A stretch of DNA of 64,000 nucleotides from Nitrospirota bacterium (GTDB taxonomy: Bacteria; Nitrospirota; 9FT-COMBO-42-15; HDB-SIOI813), in NCBI GenBank assembly GCA_016212215.1, contig JACRGV010000009.1, forward strand, positions 63-64,062, written 5' to 3'. Numbering within the stretch: position 1 is the first letter of the stretch; each line of letters begins with the position of its first letter. Shown piece after piece: positions 8,761 to 18,328 of this stretch. Made by a program: the position numbers and the translations under genes. The notes under the pieces were generated by a model. That model was not told where the DNA came from. It saw only the letters and a list, made by a program, of their open reading frames with translations, and did not search any database.

Positions 8761-11304
8761 ATGGTTAGGAATTTATTAAACATTCTTGGGTTGATATTAA
8801 TATACTATCCTTTCAGATGGATTTGTTCCTGCCTTTCATTTAGTAAAGCAATATATTTCGCTGAAGTTATTGCGATGATTCACTCAAAACTCAATGTTAC
8901 CCCTGTACCGCAGATTAAAAAGGGTATTAATAGTATTATGGAGAACAGATGGTCTTCAAAACAGGTTAATGATGTTATTATTGCAAATCTGACTACAAGG
9001 TATATTCATCTTGTAGAGTTATTTCTTGCCGGCAGGGTTTCCGCAGATAATATAGATGTCAGGGTCAGTTCTATATGCGGACTTGAGCATCTTGATTCTG
9101 CCATAAAACTTAATAAGGGAGTAATTTTATTGAGTTTTCACTTAGGGTCCTACGGGATACCGCTTGCGGCCTTAGGATATAAAGGATATTCTTTATTTCA
9201 ACATATAGTAGATTGGCAAGACACTCCATTAATAACACCGGATATACTCAAATATAAAGACAACACATTTTATCAACAGAATGCACCTTCTGATTTTTAT
9301 CCGGGAAGATACATCGGGACTATTGAGAAGTCAATCCTTGGAATAAAAAAACGGTGTCATTCTTTTTTGCCTGTTAAGATGCTGTATCATAAAGAGAAAC
9401 ATTATGCAAGGAATCTATTGAGGTGTTTAGGAGAAAACAGCATACTTTCAATTATGGGTGATGGATCAAAGGGGTCGCGTTTTACTAATGTAGATTTTCT
9501 GGGAAAGAAGATTTCATTTTCAACAGGGCCTGCTTCTCTTGCGGCTATAACCGGCGCTGCAATACTGCCTGTATTTACAATCAGAGAGAATGATAGGAGA
9601 CACAAGGTAATAATTCACTCACCTATATTTGTGAAAAGGAAGGATTCCGATTCAATAGAAGATGCTGTAGCCGCGTATACAGCACTACTTGAAAATTATG
9701 TAATGGAGTATCCAGGTCACTGGTATACATGGGATAGATTAACTGTAACGAGAGATTCAGCCGGCGAGGAGGTAATTCAGCCTGTTGTAAAGAAGAGTTT
9801 TTCTGATGAGACTATTTTGAGTCAGAATCCACCTATGAAACAGTCTCAACGTATAGCAAAGAATATTGTAACAGGAGTACTTGGTGAGGCATTAGGTGCA
9901 GTTCTACATCTCCTGACCATTGTGTCCATTGCCCGTTATCTTGGGACCTCCGGTTTTGGAGAATATGCATTTGTAATGGCATTTGTCGGTATTTTTGAGA
10001 TTGCTGCCGACCTCGGCCTGCGCAATATTTTTATCAGAGAGATTGCTGTTGATAAGGAGAATGTATCCCGTCATCTCGGGATTATGAAATTGATGATATG
10101 GGCCTTTTCTATTTTATCTTTTTTATTGATTGTCATTATAATAAACATTGTATCTTCGTCACATGAAATTATTATATCCAGTTATATTGCAGGGCTTGCA
10201 GCCCTTTCTACATTTCATGCGGTGGGATACGGGGCTGTATGTCGAGCCTTTGAAGACATGGAATACAATGCCGTTGGTTTTACCTTACATAAAACCGTGC
10301 TCTTTGGATTGATCTCTCTTGCAATATGGTTTCATACCAATATGTCGCAGATGTTCTTCGCCTATCTAGGGGCAAATATATTTTTATGGATTTATTATTA
10401 TTTGGTTGTAAGGTTTAAGTATGTAAAACCACGGATGATCTGGGATCCGAGAGGCGCATGGTACATGTTCAGGGAGGCTGTCCCGCTTGGAATTGCCGAA
10501 ATTATCCGTAAGGTAACATGGCAGGTAGATACTATCATTCTTTCGATGATTAGTACCTCGACAGCGGTGGGCCTATTCAATGCTGCTTACAAGGTAATAC
10601 AGGCGATTAATCTGATCCCGATTACTCTTGCCCATCCTCTATTTCCAATGTTTGCACGTCTGGGAAAAGAATCTCCCAGGAAGCTATTTGAGGCACATGA
10701 CAAGGCTATAAAGATGTTATTCTCAATAGGGTTACCTATGGCAGTCATACTCACTGTTTATGCTGATTTGACGATAGCCCTTCTGTTCGGCCCTAAGTTC
10801 CATGACGCAGTACCTGCACTTCAGCTTATGAGTTGGGCACTGTTCTTTCTATTCCCGACATCGTTGTATGTTTATCTTTTTACCTCGATTGGAAAACAGA
10901 AATTATTTACCGTTGCCTCTTTCTCATGCCTCGGCATTAACATTCTTATAGATTTCCTGCTGATTCCATATATGAGCTTCATCGGGGCCTGTTTCGGTAC
11001 GCTATTGTCAGAGGCGACACTATGCGGTGTTGGTGTTTATTTTATTCATAAAATGGGTCATAAAGTATCATGGTCCGGTATTGCAGGAAAACCTTTTATT
11101 GCAGGATTGTTATTAGTTGTTTTACTGTATTTCACAAGACACCTTCCGTTAATATGGCAGGTCTCAGGTTTTGTATCCGGAATGGGTGTATATGTATACG
11201 CGCTGTTTATTATGAATGTATTTTCAAAGAATGAGATAGATATGATTATCGAGGGTGCCTCTTTCGGTCTAAAGAAGGTCAGGACGTCTTCCATAATAAA
11301 ATAA
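8761..11304 (+). CDS. lipid A/lysophospholipid-type acyltransferase fused to a Wzx-like flippase
   Basis: N-half GLEHLD..KGVILLSFHLG, VDFLG, GPASLA..TGA.ILP, YPGHWY.W; C-half ARYLG..FG.Y, DLGL, AVGLFNAA and many TM helices. Confidence 0.8.
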   Translation: MVRNLLNILGLILIYYPFRWICSCLSFSKAIYFAEVIAMIHSKLNVTPVPQIKKGINSIMENRWSSKQVNDVIIANLTTRYIHLVELFLAGRVSADNIDVRVSSICGLEHLDSAIKLNKGVILLSFHLGSYGIPLAALGYKGYSLFQHIVDWQDTPLITPDILKYKDNTFYQQNAPSDFYPGRYIGTIEKSILGIKKRCHSFLPVKMLYHKEKHYARNLLRCLGENSILSIMGDGSKGSRFTNVDFLGKKISFSTGPASLAAITGAAILPVFTIRENDRRHKVIIHSPIFVKRKDSDSIEDAVAAYTALLENYVMEYPGHWYTWDRLTVTRDSAGEEVIQPVVKKSFSDETILSQNPPMKQSQRIAKNIVTGVLGEALGAVLHLLTIVSIARYLGTSGFGEYAFVMAFVGIFEIAADLGLRNIFIREIAVDKENVSRHLGIMKLMIWAFSILSFLLIVIIINIVSSSHEIIISSYIAGLAALSTFHAVGYGAVCRAFEDMEYNAVGFTLHKTVLFGLISLAIWFHTNMSQMFFAYLGANIFLWIYYYLVVRFKYVKPRMIWDPRGAWYMFREAVPLGIAEIIRKVTWQVDTIILSMISTSTAVGLFNAAYKVIQAINLIPITLAHPLFPMFARLGKESPRKLFEAHDKAIKMLFSIGLPMAVILTVYADLTIALLFGPKFHDAVPALQLMSWALFFLFPTSLYVYLFTSIGKQKLFTVASFSCLGINILIDFLLIPYMSFIGACFGTLLSEATLCGVGVYFIHKMGHKVSWSGIAGKPFIAGLLLVVLLYFTRHLPLIWQVSGFVSGMGVYVYALFIMNVFSKNEIDMIIEGASFGLKKVRTSSIIK

Positions 11305-11307
11305 ATA

Positions 11308-12588
11308 ATGAAAAAAGCGGTTTTGATATTTGCAGTAATTTGCTTAATGGGGGCAAGCATACTCTCATGGTTCACCCCCCCGCTGATAAGTCCTGTTAAT
11401 GGCTTTGATATTTCTCTTAGTCCGGTAGTATCTTTAAATACACATTCCTCCGTAATATCATCCTTTAGTATCCTGTTAATTATAATGGCTATAGGTGTTA
11501 TCCTGAGTTTATGGTCATCATACTCGTATATAGTTTTTCATATTTCCATGGGGTGTATTTTCACAACACTGTATTTTATACTCAAGGCGGCCTTCCTTGA
11601 CCATGTTTTTCTTGAGGATGTATTGTATTTACATCAACAGCATCTCAATATGATAAAATTTTCATCTATTCTTCCCGTTAATGTAGGGTTTGAACCCACG
11701 CTTGCCCCGCGTCTTTTGATTGATGGTCTTTTTACAAGAATATATGTTTTATTTTATTTCCTTTCTTATGGATGGTATCTGACCTTCATTACAGGGATTA
11801 TGCTCTTATTTTATTGTTTCCGGAGTGTTAAAAATCCTGATAAAGGTAAAAGGGGTTTAAGGGCAGTTACACGTACAGTAATAATCTGGGGCTTTGCATT
11901 TATAGGAATAGTTGCTTATAGTGTAGCTCCTTATATTATCTCAGAGTATTATGTTATCAATGGTGATAAATATATGGAGGCAGGCAATCCTGTTATAGCA
12001 GAAAAGGCATATAGGAAGATACTTGATAGAAACGATATTTTTGATACGGACAGTGAATTCCAAAATCGTCTCGGTGTTATTGCCTTCTCCTTAGGCAAAA
12101 GAAATAATACTGAGTATCATTTCTACATGGGAAACCTGTATTCAGAACAGAGAAGGTATGATATGGCAGAATTTGAATATAAAAAGGCATTAGAATTGAG
12201 CAGCGGTGATATGCATAAACTTTTGATCCGGTCTCTGGAAGAACTATACAATGTAGCCGGTCTGATAGAGTACACCAGGGGAAACAGCAGTTATGGCGTA
12301 CAAATGTGGGAGAAGGCCCAGCAGTTAAATCCTTCAGGGATTCAGACCTATTATTATTTATCAAAGGCGTACTATGATTCAGGAAATTATCAGAAGGCAA
12401 TGAGCTATGGAGAAAAGTTTCTTTCACTTTCCGGAAACAATATCCTGAATTCCAATATTAATGCAACAATAGGTGATTGTTATTATAAACTGGGAGATCC
12501 TGTCAAGGGACGCACCTATTATGAGAAGGCAAAGGCTCTGGATTTATTCGGGAACTACAGGATATTGAAAAGTCTTGGGGGAACGTAA
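11308..12588 (+). CDS. membrane protein with C-terminal TPR repeats
   Basis: about five hydrophobic segments, then TPR-like motifs (HFYMGNLY..AEFEYKKAL, YYYLSKAY, IGDCYYKLG). Confidence 0.8.
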   Translation: MKKAVLIFAVICLMGASILSWFTPPLISPVNGFDISLSPVVSLNTHSSVISSFSILLIIMAIGVILSLWSSYSYIVFHISMGCIFTTLYFILKAAFLDHVFLEDVLYLHQQHLNMIKFSSILPVNVGFEPTLAPRLLIDGLFTRIYVLFYFLSYGWYLTFITGIMLLFYCFRSVKNPDKGKRGLRAVTRTVIIWGFAFIGIVAYSVAPYIISEYYVINGDKYMEAGNPVIAEKAYRKILDRNDIFDTDSEFQNRLGVIAFSLGKRNNTEYHFYMGNLYSEQRRYDMAEFEYKKALELSSGDMHKLLIRSLEELYNVAGLIEYTRGNSSYGVQMWEKAQQLNPSGIQTYYYLSKAYYDSGNYQKAMSYGEKFLSLSGNNILNSNINATIGDCYYKLGDPVKGRTYYEKAKALDLFGNYRILKSLGGT

Positions 12589-12599
12589 GTTATTTACGA

Positions 12600-15500
12600 A
12601 TGAGACATCTTAGAACAGCATTATTTATAGTTATAATATTCGGAGTTGTTTCCGGTTATTTTGTTTGGAAGACTTTTTTTGCAATTCCTCCCAGGCTTTA
12701 TCCACAGATATTTAATAAGGCAGTTTGGATTTCATCACCTTCACAACAGCCTGTGGCATATTTCAGAAAGGTATTATTTATACCTGAAAAAATTAAAGAG
12801 GGATGGATTAAGATAAGTGCCCCGGATAAATTTATTCTTTATATCAACGGCCGGGTAGTCGGTAAGGAGACTTTTCCTTCTGTTAATGCTGCAGGTATTT
12901 ACGATATCGGCGGAAGTTTGCAGCACGGCAAAAATGTCATTGCAGTATTCGTATACAGGATGAGTTCCGGCAGTGCGACTGACATTGCAATGGAAGGAAA
13001 TTACACAGATGTTTCAGGCCATCAGCATGCCTTTTCCTCTGATAAATCATGGCGCGTTTCAAATCAGGAATCTTATGCATCTTCCGGTACAAATATATCT
13101 GCCTGGTATGAACAGGATTTTGATGACACTAACTGGAAATATGCTTCAGAGATAAGCCCTGCCCAAGGTTATGATAATGGGTTTCTTACTACCAATCCGG
13201 CAGTTTTCACAAGACCATTCCGTGGTAATATTATATGGCACCCCGATGCCCCTTCCTCTACAATATTATTCAAAAAGGACATCATAATCTCAAGAGAGCC
13301 TCTCAGGGAGGTGTGGGTCCGCATCTACTCGGGTTTGTCTTATACGCTTACAGTAAACGGATTCCGTCTGGATGGAGTTGCATTTATTACTCCCATGGTA
13401 GATATGTTGAAGATTACTCCATTGATACATAATGGTAATAATGTTATTACGCTCGAAGTATCCGGAGAAGGCAATACTCAGGGCATAGCTGTTGATTGTA
13501 TAGTGGAGATGGCAGATGGGAAGATTATAAGTCTTGCATCTGACCGTTCATGGATGGCAGGCAGTTATGCCTATATTTCAGGTGAAGGGAAAAGGGATAT
13601 TATCTGGAAACCTGCTATCACAGTAGTTTCAGGAACAGCATCTATCTCAACTGCCCAGATACAGAAGCGGATACTCGGACCGATAAATCTGCCTCAGGGA
13701 TATTATACATACAGATTTATGAGGATGACAGCGGTTATATTTCTTAACACCGTGTTGTTAATTCTTGCATGGCTTGTACTTTCTGTTATAAGAAAGAAGG
13801 TACTCATCATTGATACATCGCTGATTGAGCATTTACAGATAACTTCATATTTATTTCTCCCATCACTGCTCTTTTTCGGAATAATCTATCTCCTTTCTTT
13901 TGATATTAAGTATGAGCCTTCAGTTATATTTAATCCATGGGCGTTTTATGTATCCGGCGGCATATTTGTTTTTCTTTTTTTATTATCATTTTTGAGGCTA
14001 AAGCATTATGCCTTGAAAGATTCTACAGGTTTTTCTTCTTATTCAGAAATATTACAGAAGAAGTATGCTGTCTTCCTTATACTTCTCATAATACTCTGCC
14101 TCACAGGATTTCTTATAAGACTTCAATCACTCGGGTCAAGGTCTTTCAGTCATGATGAAGTAGCTATGGTGCGATTTGCACAGGGGATTCTTGAACATGG
14201 TTATTCATCTAAGATGCTGGGAGAACTTGAAAAGCCGCTCACTACCTACGAGGCCGTGCCGTTTCCAATAGCCTTTTCTATAAAGATGTTCGGAGACACT
14301 GAAACCGCTGCAAGAGTTCCTGCTGTTATCTTTGGTACAGTAACGATACTCCTTGTGGGTTTGTTTGCAGGGCGTTTATTCGGATATGCTGTAGGGCTGT
14401 ATGCAGCTATTCTTTATACCTTCTCACCGCTTGCCATAGCGTGGGCACAGGATTGTTATTTTCCCCAGCAGGTACAGATGTTCACCCTCCTCACAGTTTA
14501 TCTGTTTTACATCTATCTTGAGAGATATGATAAACAACCACGGTATGCCTATTATATTGCAATTTCATTCCTGCTGACATATCTTAGCTGGGAGGTTTCA
14601 GGCTTTCTCCTGCCTGCCCTCCTGATTGCAGGAATCCTATACAAAGGTAAGGATTTATCCTGGCTGAAAAACAGGCATATATGGCTTGCTGTGGGTATAG
14701 TGGTTGCCGGTGTGTTTCTACAGACAGCCAGAAGGACGTATTATCAAATCCCATATATCGTTGTTGGAATAGGCACCTCTGACGTAACCACCCCTTTACC
14801 GGTTTTTTTGTATCCTATGTATGACCCGTTTTTTTATGTAACAAACTTCCTCCTTCAGGAGAACCACGTTATTTTCACTTTATTGCTCGTTTGTGGAATA
14901 ATATTTCTGAGAAAATATAAAGGACTACGCTACCTCTATGCAATTATTATAATTATACTTCTTGAGCTGGCAAATCTACTGCCTTATTATACTTCACGAT
15001 ACATCTACTTCAGCCAGCCTTTTTTGATAATCATTGCCGCTTGTGTTTCAATTTTAAGTTTTTCATGGATGGCAGAGAAGATTAAAGGACTGCGGCTGCC
15101 AATCCTGTCTCCGGTTATATGGGGTACATGCTCTGTATTTCTGGTTGTTGTCTTTATCTCTTCCAACAGCTTATTTCTGAAACTCTACCGTCTTTCTTAT
15201 GACCCTACTCAGCCGGCTTTTCACACGCGGTCCGGTGTTATTGATTATGACTACAGGGATGTCGGTGCTTTCATAAAAAGTAATTTACAGAAAGGAGATA
15301 TTGTTATTGCAGTTATGTCACATACCATTGAGTACTATTCAGACATTACACCTGATTATTATATACAGAGTTATACAGACAGGCAGGTCTTTTACGACAT
15401 CGGAAGATCAGGAAATCCATCCCCTTATTATCTTGACAGGTATGTTGGACGTCCGGTAATAAGGAGTGTATCTGATCTTAAAAATGTTTTTAACAATAAT

Positions 15501-15638
15501 CGTCGTGTATGGATTGCCGCTGTAAACTATCGCACATTTGTTGCTTTTGATGATAAGGAGATGTTAGATTATATTCAATTAAACAGTAAGCCGGTTTACC
15601 GGGGTTATAATGCAGCAGTATATCTTTGGGAAAGATAG
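12600..15638 (+). CDS. GT-C (GT39/ArnT-like) membrane glycosyltransferase with two N-terminal rhamnosidase-N-like beta-sandwich domains
   Basis: YFRK..LYING..G.NVIAV..SDKSW repeated twice; SHDE, AARVPAVIFG, multi-TM C-terminal half. Confidence 0.75.
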   Translation: MRHLRTALFIVIIFGVVSGYFVWKTFFAIPPRLYPQIFNKAVWISSPSQQPVAYFRKVLFIPEKIKEGWIKISAPDKFILYINGRVVGKETFPSVNAAGIYDIGGSLQHGKNVIAVFVYRMSSGSATDIAMEGNYTDVSGHQHAFSSDKSWRVSNQESYASSGTNISAWYEQDFDDTNWKYASEISPAQGYDNGFLTTNPAVFTRPFRGNIIWHPDAPSSTILFKKDIIISREPLREVWVRIYSGLSYTLTVNGFRLDGVAFITPMVDMLKITPLIHNGNNVITLEVSGEGNTQGIAVDCIVEMADGKIISLASDRSWMAGSYAYISGEGKRDIIWKPAITVVSGTASISTAQIQKRILGPINLPQGYYTYRFMRMTAVIFLNTVLLILAWLVLSVIRKKVLIIDTSLIEHLQITSYLFLPSLLFFGIIYLLSFDIKYEPSVIFNPWAFYVSGGIFVFLFLLSFLRLKHYALKDSTGFSSYSEILQKKYAVFLILLIILCLTGFLIRLQSLGSRSFSHDEVAMVRFAQGILEHGYSSKMLGELEKPLTTYEAVPFPIAFSIKMFGDTETAARVPAVIFGTVTILLVGLFAGRLFGYAVGLYAAILYTFSPLAIAWAQDCYFPQQVQMFTLLTVYLFYIYLERYDKQPRYAYYIAISFLLTYLSWEVSGFLLPALLIAGILYKGKDLSWLKNRHIWLAVGIVVAGVFLQTARRTYYQIPYIVVGIGTSDVTTPLPVFLYPMYDPFFYVTNFLLQENHVIFTLLLVCGIIFLRKYKGLRYLYAIIIIILLELANLLPYYTSRYIYFSQPFLIIIAACVSILSFSWMAEKIKGLRLPILSPVIWGTCSVFLVVVFISSNSLFLKLYRLSYDPTQPAFHTRSGVIDYDYRDVGAFIKSNLQKGDIVIAVMSHTIEYYSDITPDYYIQSYTDRQVFYDIGRSGNPSPYYLDRYVGRPVIRSVSDLKNVFNNNRRVWIAAVNYRTFVAFDDKEMLDYIQLNSKPVYRGYNAAVYLWER
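15526..15638 (+). repeat. left (intact) copy of ~113-bp direct repeat = 3' end of the GT39-like gene
   Basis: aligns without gaps to 17100-17212; last 37 nt identical. Confidence 0.95.
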
Positions 15639-15671
15639 AAAGGGAAATTAACAACCATAAATACGTCCACC

Positions 15672-16994
15672 TTACTTCAAATAATCTTTCATGTCTTCCA
15701 GACTCAATCCCAGCCATTTGACTTTGTAGCCTGAATATATATTGAGCAAACCTCCGGCCTTTGTCTTTAAGGCATTAAGGTTTATCTTTCCTCTGTCGAG
15801 CTTGATGTCGGCCATAGTGATTTCCTTTTTCAAATCGTTGATTGCAAGAAGATCAATTTCATTCTGATTTCCTTTTTCCCAGTACGAACCGATCACATTA
15901 TAGTTTCCTGTTTCGGCAAAAATCTGATGAAAAAATCTTTCGAGAATACGTCCTGAATAACTCGAATAATCCCTGTTTATGATTTCCTTAATATAAGAAT
16001 AATTTTCTGTTTCAGCAGCGGATAGGTTTCGGAAAATGAACCGGAACCAGAAGTTAAGGAAGTTGTCTGTTATTTTATATTTTTGAAGACGTGAACCCGG
16101 TTTGGCGCCTACCGGCTTATGCCTTGAGATTAGTGCATAGTCATTCTCAAGTCTTGCTAAATAGGCGCCTGCATGTATCTCTAAAACAGATTCAATCTCT
16201 GTCCTTGCTGTCTTGCCGATAGATATAAGCTCGAGGATAGAAAAATACGTTCCATATTCTTTCCCGAACTCTTCTATAAGCAGGTTTTTCCCCTCGTTTA
16301 TAAAGGGAGAATTCGGTGTGAGCATAAAATTAAGTATATCTTTGTAAGATAAAGCATCATTCGATGTCAATATATCCAGATACTTAGGCATTCCGCCGGT
16401 AAGTACGTAACAATCAAAAAGCGACCGCATATCAGATGCCCTGTGATCTGATAATACTCTATAGGTATCTTTTATGGTAAATGGTTTAAGGAAAAGTATC
16501 CTGTCCGCCCTCCCGAATAAAGGCTCTTTTGATTCTTCAAAAATCTTATGCATTAACGAATAAACAGAGCCTATACAGATGAGATTCATTTTACATTTTG
16601 ATTTATTCAAATCCCATAGACGCTGAATCTCTGAATATGCTGCTGAATTTACATTGTAGAATTCCTGAAATTCGTCAATAATCAGGATGAACCGCTCTTT
16701 TTTTGAAAGGTCAAGAAGAAGGGCAAAGACATCCTTAAAAAATTTAATATCTCCAATGACAGGCAGTGGAAAATGTTTTTTTATCTCCTCAATATATTCC
16801 ATACAAAGCAGATGCTCTGACTTCCTGGAGACAAACAGGTAAATAAACTTATGCTTACCGGCAAATTCCAGTGCAAGCATTGTTTTACCGACACGCCGAC
16901 GCCCTGTAATCACAGTCATACGTGCGGTATCTTTTGACTGATTGTAAAGCCTGTTAAGTTCATGGAGTTCCTGTTTGCGATTATAAAACTTCAT
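15672..16994 (-). CDS. ATPase_2 (archaeal-type AAA) + wHTH + DUF234 PD-(D/E)xK-like protein
   Basis: FYNR..EL, Walker A GRRRVGKT, Walker B LIIDEFQ, GGMPKYL, DNFLNFWFRF, W...EIDLLA..ADIK. Confidence 0.9.
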   Translation of the reverse strand: MKFYNRKQELHELNRLYNQSKDTARMTVITGRRRVGKTMLALEFAGKHKFIYLFVSRKSEHLLCMEYIEEIKKHFPLPVIGDIKFFKDVFALLLDLSKKERFILIIDEFQEFYNVNSAAYSEIQRLWDLNKSKCKMNLICIGSVYSLMHKIFEESKEPLFGRADRILFLKPFTIKDTYRVLSDHRASDMRSLFDCYVLTGGMPKYLDILTSNDALSYKDILNFMLTPNSPFINEGKNLLIEEFGKEYGTYFSILELISIGKTARTEIESVLEIHAGAYLARLENDYALISRHKPVGAKPGSRLQKYKITDNFLNFWFRFIFRNLSAAETENYSYIKEIINRDYSSYSGRILERFFHQIFAETGNYNVIGSYWEKGNQNEIDLLAINDLKKEITMADIKLDRGKINLNALKTKAGGLLNIYSGYKVKWLGLSLEDMKDYLK

Positions 16995-17056
16995 GGTTCA
17001 TATTCCCATATAATATATATATCGTTACTCTGGCGTAACTCTGGTTACGGTAATAA

Positions 17057-17085
17057 ATATTACGATATATTGAAAAAAGTTTCAA
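17057..17085 (-). promoter_or_regulatory. sigma70-type promoter of ATPase cassette 1
   Basis: minus strand TTGAAA-N17-TAATAT. Confidence 0.45.
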
Positions 17086-17099
17086 TACTCAAGTTTATT

Positions 17100-17212
17100 A
17101 CTATCTTATATTTGTTGCTTTAGATGATAAATAGATGTTAGATTATATTGAACTATAGAGTAACCCTGTTTACCAGGGTTATAATGCAGCAGTATATCTT
17201 TGGGAAAGATAG
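17100..17212 (+). repeat. right (degenerate) copy of the duplicated gene 3' end
   Basis: about 13 mismatches versus 15526-15638, two creating in-frame TAG; next ATG follows 9 nt later. Confidence 0.95.
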
Positions 17213-17221
17213 GATGATTAC

Positions 17222-18328
17222 ATGACAACAAAAAAAATAGCGGTTTTAATAGTTCTTCTTATTGCAATAATTTTAAGTACAGAATTCATTTCAACAGGAA
17301 AGGCACTATCTGTCCAGCCGGCCCCTGCGACTGACCTGAAAATAGCGGGAGATGATATATCCGGGATATGGGCTTTTTTTATGCTTGACATGAAGGCTGA
17401 ATCCCTTCAATTACTGAATAATGATGATATAGATAATATGTTGCAGGTGAAGCATCCGTATGTTAAAGGGATTGCACCCAGATTTGTCTGGTCTACACTT
17501 AACCCCGCCCCTGGTGAATATAATTGGACGCCTGTTGATAAGGTTATTGAAAGGGCAAGTGCGTATAATAAAAAAGTTGTAATAAGGATTATCGGCGGAG
17601 GCAGGTCTGAGTGGACGCCTGGTTGGCTCTGGCTAAAAACAAAATATGTAGATCACCTTTGTATAACGAAACAAGCCGAATGTAGGTTACCCATAATTTG
17701 GGATACTGAATATCTCTCGGCATGGACTACCTTTGTTAAGGCATTAGGTTCACGGTACGATTCCAATCCGCGTGTGCAACGTGTTGCCATTACCAACGGG
17801 TCCGGCGGGGAGCTATATTATCTACGCGGCGACCTTATGACAAATGATCAAATAAACCAGGTGGTTAATTCCGGTTTAGGTGATAATTTCGTTCAGACAT
17901 GGAATAATATTTTAGATAATTATGCAGTATCATTTCCAACAAAGCCGTTGTTTATGGACTTGGCACCTACGATCAAAGATATTCCAAATATGAAGGGTGA
18001 CGATAAAGAAGAAGTTATTGCAAATTACGCTATATCAAAGTTCGGTCATAGACTTTATCTTCAACAGGATGGACTACACGAAAATACAGATACTTCAGGG
18101 ACTTTTATTAGCCATGCAATTATGAAAAACCATGCTGTAAACGGTAATATTATAGGATTTCAAACATTGGCACCGGATGCGCATGGAAATTTAAGGATGG
18201 CATTTGAAAAGGCACTATCCTATCCTATCCATTATATTGAGGTTTTTACTAAGGACCTTCAGGACCCTGATCAGCAGGATGCAATCCGATTTCTGTATGA
18301 AAGACTTAAAGCTATTCCTCCTCATTGA
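17222..18328 (+). CDS. secreted glycoside hydrolase-like protein (GH42/beta-galactosidase-like TIM barrel)
   Basis: signal peptide; W..LNPAPGEYNW, TPGWL, P..WD..Y..FV.ALG.RYD. Confidence 0.65.
   Translation: MTTKKIAVLIVLLIAIILSTEFISTGKALSVQPAPATDLKIAGDDISGIWAFFMLDMKAESLQLLNNDDIDNMLQVKHPYVKGIAPRFVWSTLNPAPGEYNWTPVDKVIERASAYNKKVVIRIIGGGRSEWTPGWLWLKTKYVDHLCITKQAECRLPIIWDTEYLSAWTTFVKALGSRYDSNPRVQRVAITNGSGGELYYLRGDLMTNDQINQVVNSGLGDNFVQTWNNILDNYAVSFPTKPLFMDLAPTIKDIPNMKGDDKEEVIANYAISKFGHRLYLQQDGLHENTDTSGTFISHAIMKNHAVNGNIIGFQTLAPDAHGNLRMAFEKALSYPIHYIEVFTKDLQDPDQQDAIRFLYERLKAIPPH

Noticed and set aside
15639..17099. Classical IS, prophage or tRNA-integrated island explanation for the ATPase cassettes
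   Set aside because: No transposase, integrase, TIR or tRNA is visible, and the two targets are unrelated.
15526..17212. Diversity-generating retroelement TR/VR pair
   Set aside because: No reverse transcriptase in the window, and mismatches are not restricted to adenines of one copy.
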